From contig OZ231126.1 of the NCBI GenBank assembly GCA_965153355.1, forward strand, positions 33,852,001 to 33,916,000: DNA of 64,000 nucleotides, read 5' to 3'. The position numbers and the translations under genes were made by a program. The notes below the pieces were generated by a model. It saw only the letters and a program-made list of their open reading frames with translations. It was not told where the DNA came from and ran no database searches. Shown piece by piece: positions 13,969 to 23,846 of the stretch. Within the stretch, counting starts at the first letter, position 1. Every line of letters begins with the position of its first letter. This DNA comes from Flaccisagitta enflata. Lineage: Eukaryota.

Positions 13969-14869
13969 TGTTATTCATCGTTCATAGATTGTTTGCTTAC
14001 TGTTTGTTGGATAATTGATTATCTCCTATATCTTGTAACAAACTTTATCTGAATTTTTCTCCGTTTGGGTATAAAGAATATTTTCCCACTTGTCATACAC
14101 GATATGATTGATATGAAAATTAATTGATTTATAAGCTGCTGCAGCTCTTGCTGTAAAGATCAAGACTTGCTACTTGACATTGTACAATTTGATGAACAAT
14201 AGAAGAACACAGAAAGACTTATGTTCATTTATCTGTCTGTCCGTCTATCCCTTTGGCTTTGTGCATCCTTCCCTCTTTTCAGCCTTCAGCCTTCAGCCTC
14301 TGCTGATCAACTCTTTCAGGCACCAAATTAGCGTTTTGAGCCATGAAATCAACTGTTTTAGGCGTCAAATTAGCCTCGTCTGACCTCAATTAAATCCTCT
14401 CAGGCCTTAAATCAGTTTTACCAGGGCTCTTTCAGGCCTCAAATCAGCCTTCTTTTTCATGAAATCAACTGTCTCGGACCTCAAATTTTGTCTTTTCAGC
14501 CCCAATCAGCCCTCCCAAGCTTTTTGAAGCCTTTAATCACCCCCTGTGTACTAACCCCTTTGGAGCTGTGCCCTGCTCCCAAATACAATCATAAAAAGAA
14601 GGGCAGTGGGTATTGCTGAACACATATCACTACTGCTTTGTTTTAGTAATAGCATTTTGTTTGTGTAGCAGGCTGGTTCAGATATCAATGACTTAAAGCC
14701 AGCCTGGGGGGCAGGGGCATTAGCCGGAATGAGCCTGCCCTTTGCCCCTGACCATTTACATTACCTTTTCATAACAGTTGGAACTAAGGTTGACTATCTC
14801 TTTCATTTCTCTATCCCTTCTCGTTCCTGATAGTTTATCAACTCATTTTCCTATAGATATATTGAGGAG

Positions 14870-15730
14870 GAAAAGGATTGCCCCTGCCCTTTGCCTCTCT
14901 GTTTCCCACCCGCCTCTGCCGATGCTGCTGCCATCTCAACCCATACGACCATCACTCTTCTCCTTCCCGCTGCCGATGCCGATGCCGACTCTCATGCCCA
15001 TAACCTACATAGCTGTATAACCATATTCCTATCTTCTGCTGCCGCTGCCTTTGCCGCCTGAACCCTTATCTTCTGCTGCTGTTGCTGCCGCAGCCGCTGC
15101 CGCTGCCGCTGAAGATGTCACCCATATGGCCAATTGCCAATCATCTTAACTGCCACTACCAATGCCACTGCCAACTCTCCCTGTTAGCTCATGACATTCA
15201 TACCTGCCGCTGCCGCTGCCGCTGCCGCTGCCGCTGCATCTCATATGATTTTCACCTTCCTACCTGCCAATGCCGCTGCCGCTGCCGATTCAACCTGTGG
15301 AACCATCACTCCTCTACTTGTCAATGCCGATGCCGATGCCGACTCTACCTGTGTGCCCATAATCTTCATTGCTGTATAGTCATCTATTTATCTGCCGCTG
15401 CTGATGCCGCTGCCGATGCCGCTGCCGACTCAACTCATATAACCATCAACTCTCTTCCTGCTGCTGTCGTTGCCATTGCTTACTCTACCTTCATATCTGC
15501 TGCTGCTGCCGCTGTCACTGCCGCTGCCGCAGCCGCTGCCGCAGCCGCAGCATATTCTATGATCATGACCTTTCTTCCTGCCGCTACCGATGCCACTGCC
15601 GACTCTACCCATACAACCATAGTCCTTAAGCTTGCCGTTGCCGCTGCCGGCGCCGGCTCTACCTATAAGCCCATCACCTTCAAGTCCTTCACACCAGCCG
15701 CTGCCGATGCCGCTGCCGCTGCCGACTCAT
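14870..15730. repeat. Compound minisatellite of GCCGCT/GCCGAT hexamer runs with ~35-bp spacers
   Basis: Repeated (GCCGCT)n GCCGACTC...CCCATA...ACCATCA units. The Ala-rich and CR-repeat ORFs here are by-products. Confidence 0.8.
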
Positions 15731-16348
15731 GATAAAAAATAACCTTAAGCTTGCATCAACCATGCTTTGATTTACGCAATTTTTTTGGCTTTTTTGTAAT
15801 TCAATTATACAAGTGGATTCAAAAAGGCCAACTGTCGTTACAATCTTTGCCAAACGCAGATCCATAAAAACAGAAGATTTTGTCCAAATCTGTGGCAAAT
15901 GAAACTGCCATACACACTACCATTTTTTCATTCTACACTGTACTTGTTATAAGGGTTATAAGGGCTAGATCGAGCAACAAGGTTTTTCAGATTATATTTT
16001 ATGGAAAACTAGGAGTGGTGCGCGTATTAACTGGTCAGTGGGGGTTCACAAGGCCCTCTTCCATTTTTTCAGTTTGGGTATAGTGAGGGATATTGTTCCA
16101 CCTATCATACATAGAGGATAGTCAAGTGCGATTGACCCCAGTTCAGATTAAATTTTAATTTTGCAGTTGTTGTTTAATTAGTGTTCCTTACTTGTATACC
16201 AAATAAAAAAAATCACACTCTGTAAATACCATCTACCTGTGTTAAACACATAATTTCCATTAGAATGTTATTACAAAAATAATGGGCAAAGGGGAGAAAA
16301 AGTTTATGAACTTTTTTGGAAATTGGTACACGAGCTCCCATCAACCTA

Positions 16349-16514
16349 CAGTTGAATCCCGCTCAAGGAACTAACGAGTTTTTGCTGTTACAGGTGAAAT
16401 TCTGTTAGAGCCAATATAGGGAAAAAAAGGAAAAAAGTTGATGGAACTATGAATTTGCATCCATTGCAAGCAAAATTCCGTTAGTGGCGGGTCTGTTAGA
16501 GCGGGGTTTAACTG
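16349..16514. mobile_element. Tc1/mariner (pogo/Tigger-like) MITE with TA TSD
   Basis: TA|CAGTTGAATCCCGCT ... AGCGGGGTTTAACTG|TA. Confidence 0.75.
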
Positions 16515-16796
16515 TATACCGTGAATAAACAGGTCAAGTTTCTTGAGCTCCTTTAGTTTGGTTTAGAAAATATCTTACGTTTTAAAAAGACAAACAAACA
16601 AACAAACCAACAAACCAACAAACGGATGGATTCGTTCAAGTCCTTCTCATAGTCTCACTGATGATCTGAGTGCGGTTGGAGTGTACACTTTTCTCCTTCT
16701 TCTTTTTCATCTCCTTCTTCTCCTCCGCACCCCCCCTTCATCTCCTTTCTCCTTCTTCTCGTTCCTCATCTCCATTCTTTCATAACTTATAACTAA

Positions 16797-17153
16797 CACT
16801 TTTTATTTTTTATAAGAACGTCATGTTTTTGTAGAAGCCTTAGAAGAAATATAGGAATAATACTAATAAAATAACACCACAACACACTCAACTGATTCGC
16901 AGTGAAATCCTGGGCTAATCCATCCTTAAATGGATATCCCTTGATTTAGAGCTTACATATAAGAATTAGCCATAGCGACAAGCGACTTAAAAGTTATAAT
17001 CGATAGATTTCAACTGAAGGATTTTCATCCGAAAGAAATACTACTTCGCGATTTACAATTAAACAAAGTAAGTGTGACAATGTTCTTAATTTTTGAAGCG
17101 ATTTCAAGCCTTGATGTTCTTATAAACTACGTTCTTATAAAAAATAAAAAGTG
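16797..17153. mobile_element. MITE with 25-bp perfect TIRs
   Basis: CACTTTTTATTTTTTATAAGAACGT ... ACGTTCTTATAAAAAATAAAAAGTG|TA. Confidence 0.85.
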
Positions 17154-17894
17154 TATATAAATCATGGAGACAGCAGCGCCGGTCTCAAAGAAATGAGGAA
17201 CAATGTCTTTTGTTTTCACTCAAAAGATAACAACGTAAACATTCGCCTGAATCGTCTCCTTAAGTCAAATGCGCTTTTATCATCTTTAGTTACATTCACA
17301 AGACTCTGATTGGCTGACAGTCGATAATGATGTCAGGAACACAGTGGGCTTTTTTAGGCGAACCTTTCTCAAAACCTCTGGTAGCTTCTAACCTAATTTT
17401 TCTTGCACATTACAATCTTATCACCCATATCACCTGGCAATTATTATTACAACATTATCACAGTAATGTCAGCATGGAAATGGCGATATATCAGCAAAAA
17501 CAAACCGCAACAATAATTATGCGAGATTTAACATTAGGCTGCTGTTTCATCGTTTCGCGATTCTATTCTTAATGCTATTCTAAAGAATGACGATCTAGCA
17601 AAAAATATATTAACAACGACTGTTAATTATCAAAAATAATTGTTGGACGAAGGTTCACATTGCAACGAAAACAAAATAAAATATAGCACGGCTGGAACGG
17701 TGACATCTAGGCTACTGTTAACGGTAATTCAAAACGCAATATAACTCTTTTATTGCTGCAACTACACTTTCTAGAAAATAAATGCTACGTGAAGGTGAAC
17801 ATGGCGGTCATGGCGCTGATGGAGATGATGGCGGTGAGCGGGGTTGATGGCGCTTATGGCGTTGTCGGCCAAGGAGCTGTCTCTTCCACTTCCT

Positions 17895-18608
17895 CTAGTG
17901 GACCCACGTTGGCGGCCAAGGATCTGTCTCTTCCACTTCTTCGAGCGGAACCACTTTGTGTCCAGAATGATCATACCTGTAGACACGATGAGAGGAAATA
18001 TTTTTTCAGAAAACGATGTAATAAATCAAGTTAAATTAACTCAAATCAATCATATCAGGAAACGAAAAACATCTAAAAGGTGGATTCCCTCGCAAAGGAA
18101 GGAGAAAGTACTTACATCCAGCACCAGTTGCAACCTTCTTTGTTACAGTCCTCGCAATAGATTGAGAGCTCCCTCTGCGGATGGACAGCGCACGCTGGTA
18201 TCACGCTTTCGTATAAACCAATGAGGACGTTGAGAAATGCAGCGCGAACGTAACTGTCGAGAGACACCTCCCTCCTGGGTAGGATAATTTAAGTAGTGAA
18301 CACTCAAGCGGGTATGTGAGGATTAAAACAAGATAATCATAAAGTCCCAATAGATTTATGCAGTTACAAAACAGAAACAGTACCTTACGACTTCATTGCA
18401 AAACAATAGCGAATACTAAAGAATAATACCTGCAATGTGGACAGGAATCCAGGTCGTACATCATGTACGCGTCGGATATGCATTCGTAACAATAATGAGT
18501 GATGCATGCGAAGCAGATGTAAGGGTTGGTCGGCATCGCCCAGCATATTAGACATTTGAAGTCGTGATAGAAATTGTTAATCTCTTCCCGGGTCCATAAC
18601 ACCGGCAT
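17895..18608 (-). CDS. TRIM37-like RING(C4C4)+B-box mini-protein, paralog A (exons 18608-18430, 18274-18116, 17976-17895; 139 aa)
   Basis: FKCLICWAMPTNPYICFACITHYCYECISDAYMMYDLDSCPHCR | ...CAVHPQRELSIYCEDCNKEGCNWCW | YDHSGHKVVPLEEV. GT-AG phase-2 introns give an intact frame. Minus-strand AATAAA lies near 17750. Confidence 0.85.
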
Positions 18609-18916
18609 GGTGTCCTTAGTGTAACTTGCACGATGACCGCCACTTTCAACGAAAAGACAAGTGTTTCAGTAACACTGCTAAAAATAAGAAACAAATAAAA
18701 CTGGTCGCAGATATACTACAACTGTGGCAATATATACTATGGCGCGATAGTTGTTAACACTGCAACTATCAGTAACAATAACGGCCCAATGTCATACTCA
18801 AAATTTTAACGGGGCTATACTTTCGGTATCCCGTTAATGTTAGAAAATGTTTTTTCCAATTCATCCGTTCCGTAGCCCGTGACCGGCGATGATGGCGAGG
18901 CTGGCGGCGTCGACAC

Positions 18917-19628
18917 TTAAGGCGGCTGAACGGGTGCATGTGGAACAATGTGATGTCCAACATGACGCTCCCTGTAAAGCCGATGAGAGGAAACATCAAT
19001 TACCAAACCATGTCAACTGAAAATAGCACAAATTAGACTGACAAGGCAACAGAAACATATGTTAAACTCGGAATGTATTCATACCTATCCCGTACAACAA
19101 AAACAAACAGGACTTACTGCCAGCAAGCGTTGCAACCCTCCAGCTCGCAGATTGTGCAATACATCGACAGCGGTTTGACGTTATGGATCGCGCAGGCGGG
19201 CTTCACTGTCTTGAAAACCTCAATGAGGGTGGTCATGAATGGAGCGAGTATAAACGATTCCATGGTAACCTCCGACCTGCGCATGATAATGCCATATGTA
19301 AAAAGTATTGCGGCAATCTGCTAGTTTCACCTAGGGGCGTAAAATATCATCAAAGTATTGCAAACGATTCAGCAATATCTTCTTACTAATTCATTTCCTA
19401 TAACAACAATCATACCTATAACATATAATACCTGCAATATGGACAGCGCTTGTGCTCGTACATGACCATCAACGTCGTGACACAGTCGTAGCAATAAATT
19501 TGGACGCATACCTCGCATAAGTGCGGGTCTGTTGGCAGCAAGAAGCAGATGCCGCATCGAAACTCCTTTTCCGCCTCTTCCATGCGCTTTTTAGTCATCA
19601 ACAATGGCATGTCTGTTTTGATATTCAT
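18917..19628 (-). CDS. TRIM37-like RING(C4C4)+B-box mini-protein, paralog B (exons 19628-19432, 19276-19118, 18971-18917; 136 aa)
   Basis: FRCGICFLLPTDPHLCEVCVQIYCYDCVTTLMVMYEHKRCPYCR | ...CAIHNVKPLSMYCTICELEGCNACW | ERHVGHHIVP. Intron positions and phases match paralog A, and exon 2 is also 159 bp. Confidence 0.85.
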
Positions 19629-20121
19629 TTACGTTATCGTGCCTGCGAAACACAAACCATGTTACAGTGAAAATGAATTGGCGCTGGCGCTGGTTGTCAT
19701 TACATTTCTCACAATACAGCACAAGGGTCCGCTTAGTAATTTATTCATTAATAACTAAACTGCTCATTATAAAAAACGAAAAGACCCAAAAACGGAAACG
19801 AAAGACGAAAAACGGAACGGAAACGAAAACTGGAAGGGGCCAAAACCAAATTTGGATGAGAACATGAAATGGTTGCTCAACACCATGGACACAAATATAA
19901 TATTTATCTTAGGCCAGGCCTTTGACTTTTTAAAAAGGCGGCAAACAAGCCGGTCGAGGCAAATATAATTGTTATCTACTAACTAGGAAAAAAATATTAT
20001 CACAGGATACTAACTGTTAGCATTGCACAAAAGGCTTTCACTAATGTCGAAAATATCGCAACACAATCAATTCAGTCCATGGGTTCCCCACAGCATTGGC
20101 TTGCGAAGCAAAACGCCGACG

Positions 20122-20553
20122 TTAACGTCCACTGTTGCTAGAAGCCCCGATGGACAAAAGGCGCATGGAATCCAAATTGTCAAACTTCTCTATGATGAGC
20201 TGCGCGACGCAGTCTCCCTGACAGAGCGTGAAGGCTTTGTCGCTGCTGTTGGCAATGATGATTTTGATCTCGCCACGATAGTCGGAAGTGATTAGGCCCC
20301 CCAGAACGTCGACGCCAAAGTCAAGTGGGAAACCGGATCTCGGCGCCACGCGGCCATACGTTCCACTCAGCAACATGACCACGACGCCCGTACCGATAAA
20401 CGCTTTTTCGCCAGGTGGGATAACGACTTCTTGTCCGGATGCAGACCACAAAACGGCGTGCAGGTCAAACCCCGCGCCGCCTTCGGACTTGTTGTCCGGC
20501 GCCACGGACGCTGGGTGCAGTAGCAAGTAACGAAAAAAGTCATTGGCAGCCAT
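20122..20553 (-). pseudogene. dut: Intronless trimeric dUTPase homolog, degenerate (pseudogene or pseudoenzyme)
   Basis: Motifs AGFDL, GRVAPRSG, GGLITSDYRGEI and GDCVAQLI are present. The motif III Asp is replaced by Thr. Motif V is broken by TAA (R*RRRFAS). Confidence 0.85.
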
Positions 20554-20806
20554 GATTTCAGTGGAGTCCACAAAGCGGAATGAGACAACTGGCGGGAAAC
20601 TAAGATATCGTTGAAGCATCATGCAGCAAATGAATTGTGACAGCAATGGAGCACGCAACACAATAATGACGACGGTTAGGGGGGGGGGGGGGCAGAATCC
20701 AACATTTTTTTAAAACAACTGAAACAATAGTCATCACTGGATCGTCTGGCCCGGTCTCGGCATTACGTTTTTTCTGCTAGAGATTTGCTTTTAACCCAAA
20801 TACGTG

Positions 20807-21785
20807 CTATCTATCTGCTTCGGGGTCGTTGTCGTCGTTGTCATCATCCTCCTCGTCCTCATTTTCTGCGCCTTGGTTGGCCATCTCCACGGGAACGATT
20901 AAGTGGCCGCTGTGATCATCACTGTGAAGTAAATGGAACACTAACTGCATTAACAAAATATATAAGGCCGGATACATGGCAATCGCGTAGGGCTGGGCAG
21001 GAGCAGTGTTGCAAATACAGCTCGACATGAAAAAATGTGACGATGGGACGGACAAAACGATCAACATGGGTAGGTATCAAGTCGCGTGGCCGCGACTAAT
21101 TACTGATATTCAGGAAAGTTTTATCTATTGTTGCCCCAAAATGCTAAGTGATTTAGTTTTGACTCACTTTCTGCAAAGCTTGCACAATGGCTTCGAGCAG
21201 ACTTTACAAAACGAGATAATGATGTTCATGATGCTCTGTGGATGGAGTGGGCAGACGGTGACTGCCTTCGATGCCCTTAACTCCTTTACAAATGGGGTGA
21301 CCCAGTCGCATTCATCAAATCTTTCGAGATCAAGGGCCAACCTGCATTACAAAATCTTAACACTTGATTTGGTTCGTCCTACCATCTACTCATGAAATAT
21401 ATTTGTTTTACCCAAAACACAGCACATGAAATATATTGATTGTACTACAAACACTGCACATGAAGTATAATTCTTATAACAAAAACACTCGGTGTCTGGA
21501 GTGAACAACTTTAGAACATTACCTTCAATGCGGGCAACAATTTGCATTTTCCTGGTAAGCTGCTCGAAGACATTGTAGACAGAAGTATTTGTCGCAACCG
21601 GGACAAATGAAAGCGTTGACGGGATCGGATTCGCACAGCGGGCAGCGAAAATGAGAGATGAGACGGTCGCGTTCACCGACCTCAATGATCAACCACTCCG
21701 GGAAAGGCCTGTCCATTGCGTCACAAATGAGCCAGGGATCTTGCGTCTTGTTAACCAGGACTAATCCCTTTTCGTTGAATAACAT
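20807..21785 (-). pseudogene. TRIM37-like RING+B-box paralog C with in-frame TGA at the last RING Cys (exons 21785-21523, 21341-21168, 20921-20807)
   Basis: FRCPLCESDPVNAFICPGCDKYFCLQCLRAAYQENANCCPH*R | LALDLERFDECDWVTPFVKEL...CPLHPQ...FCKVCSKPLCKLCR | DDHSGHLIVPVE plus an acidic tail. Intron positions match A and B. Confidence 0.8.
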
Positions 21786-22430
21786 CTTTTAAATACAAGT
21801 GTCTCATGTATCAATTAAGTTTTGGATTGCAAATGACGGGGATAACTGGAGAAAATAGGAATATTACCAATTCTTGTTCATACATCTGGCTGCTTTTTCA
21901 ATGTTAACGTTTTTTAAGAAACCAAATAATCACAATTGGCGAGGAGGAGATTCGGGAAAAATACTTAACGCTTGTTTTGGGAAGCTAACGTTTGGGGGAA
22001 AAAAAACCACAGCATCTGGCACGCAAATAACGGTAACATATGCGATAACTTCCATGCAAATACACAACGCCGGAATGAAGGGAAACAATGGCGGAAGTAA
22101 CGGCGAAAATGTGATCACGCAACGCGGGCAATACCTAACAATTATATCACAGGCCGCAATATTTCTTTAACTAACACGTTGGTTTAAATTGCACTCTTGC
22201 AATACCAACAAGGAAAACCCAGATATCACAGACGAATAAATACCCGTGAGCCACTATACACTGGAAAAATACTGGACTGCAACAATGATGAGGATAATAC
22301 TGGACTACAAAAGTTAATCAGATTCCACAAACGTCCCTATTTTGGGGGAAGGGGTCGACGATGAACGGTCACCATTGGGGGCTGCTCTGGCGTAATGGAG
22401 CCATGAACGCATCCGTTTGGATTTGATGCT

Positions 22431-22922
22431 TCAGAAACCAGAGCTGCAAGAGTCTGAGGATTCACAGGTGATGTCGTCATCGGCGTCATCCGCGTCGTCG
22501 CCGCTGTCGGCACAAGATGGCGATTCTGTAGACTCGACTTTAATTAATCACAGAAATTACTTTTTTTTTTCCCTCGATATAATTAAGAGAGAATTAGTAA
22601 ATAAGTCAAAGAAATAAAATTATTTTATTTCAGCCTATTTCTCACCTATCAGATCAACTATTTCCTTTAAAGTCTCTTTATCGACCGCCTGTATCTTTGT
22701 GTCGTCAGCATTGGCCAACAGTCTTTTTCTTTTGCGACTCATCTTTCGTAAATGATGGTCGCCAGTCCTTATGCCGGCATGGACTGACGCGGACTCCGAC
22801 GCCGATGACGAGCGAACACCATCGTCAACTAAATACCAGCCTTCCCCTTCGCGCACGATTTGGCATGGTCGGAACGACATGCCTTTTAGGGAAACGAGTT
22901 TTCTACTTTTTCTACGGCCCAT
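22431..22922 (-). CDS. Hypothetical 2-exon protein (~123 aa), basic N-terminus and acidic C-terminus (exons 22922-22646, 22525-22431)
   Basis: MGRRKSRKLVSLKG...RKMSRKRKRLL... followed by a G|GTGAG donor and CTACAG acceptor. The frame continues as ESPSCADSGDDADDADDD...GF*. Confidence 0.5.
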
Positions 22923-23335
22923 ACTAATTCTAAATCTAATGGGGAAAATGTCCTGAAATGGAAATGCAAATGGAAATGAAAAATAGGGGAGGAAAGAATA
23001 ACTAATGTTTAGCAATGGTTTTCCAAATTTTTTTCAAACATTTCCATTTTTGGGATCCCACAAAAAAGGGCTAAGCTATATGGTTTTGGGTCAAATAGGC
23101 TGACCACTTAAATTTTGGGCCTAAAATGATTCTAGCTGAAAAGTAACACGGTGAATTATCACAAAAATGAAAGGCTACAATAAAAAGTGGTAAACTGGAA
23201 TTTGCAAAAACATCAGTTAAACTCATTGATTGAAAAACAGCATTATCATGGGAGCACATATGAGGTTTTTGTTAGATAATAACGGCAATTTTCGACTATT
23301 ATTTACTTGCCATCATTCAGCCGTAATAGCAATTT

Positions 23336-23410
23336 CTGAACGGGCTGAACGGGCTGAACGGGCTGAACAGGCTGAACAGGCTGAACGGGCTGAATCGCAC
23401 CGGCTGAATG
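23336..23410. repeat. 9-bp tandem repeat (GGGCTGAAC)n
   Basis: About 7 copies are visible. The same motif appears twice near 11562-11590. Confidence 0.8.
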
Positions 23411-23846
23411 ACGGCAAGTCAATAATTTTAAAAATTCTCCGTTCATATCTTATAAATGAATAATATGTGCTTCCATGATAATGCTGTTTTCCCATCATTT
23501 TACCTACCATATGTGCCATGACTGTCAACCAACAGAAGTTAAACTCATGAGGTATACAGTTTTGGCCCAAAAAAAGGCCGCATATCTACCTTTGGACCCG
23601 ATATTGTGCAAAAGAAAATCAAACTAAAAGCTGTTTAGCAAAAATCTCGAGCAGAAAAAACGTAATGCCGAGACAGGGCCAGACGATCCAGTGATGACTA
23701 TTGTTTCAGTTGTTTTTAACTATTTTTTTATTCTGCCCCCCCCCCCCTCACCGTCGCAACACAATAATGATGACGGTTGATAAATCGTTACTAAAATATT
23801 TGTTGTCTGCCCCCCCACCTTTTTAAAAGGGAAATGATAAGGCAGT

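Larger units (their letters stand above)
20670..23756. mobile_element. Nested 3.1-kb cassette bounded by ~115-bp inverted repeats (20670-20787 and 23641-23756)
   Basis: CGACGGT.A(G)nCAGAAT...AAAACAACTGAAACAATAGTCATCACTGGATCGTCTGGCCC.GTCTCGGCATTACGTTTTTTCTGCT.GAGATTT is present in inverted orientation at both ends. A 24-bp direct repeat lies at 20654-20677 and 23755-23778. Confidence 0.75.

Noticed and set aside
15082-15732. 216-aa Ala/Cys-rich protein
   Set aside because: It derives from a hexamer minisatellite and its repeat pattern switches frame, so there is no evidence of coding constraint.
17340-17376. CACAGTG (RSS heptamer/Transib-like end) as the left terminus, paired with CTGTG at 39642-39646
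   Set aside because: Only 5 bp are inverted, there is no matching TSD and no proper nonamer. The transposase is EnSpm-type, not RAG/Transib. I used these positions only as approximate boundaries.
17895-22922. Endogenous large DNA virus or Polinton/Maverick suggested by dUTPase plus RING genes
   Set aside because: No polymerase, capsid, packaging ATPase, protease or retroviral-type integrase is visible, and the RING genes have spliceosomal introns.
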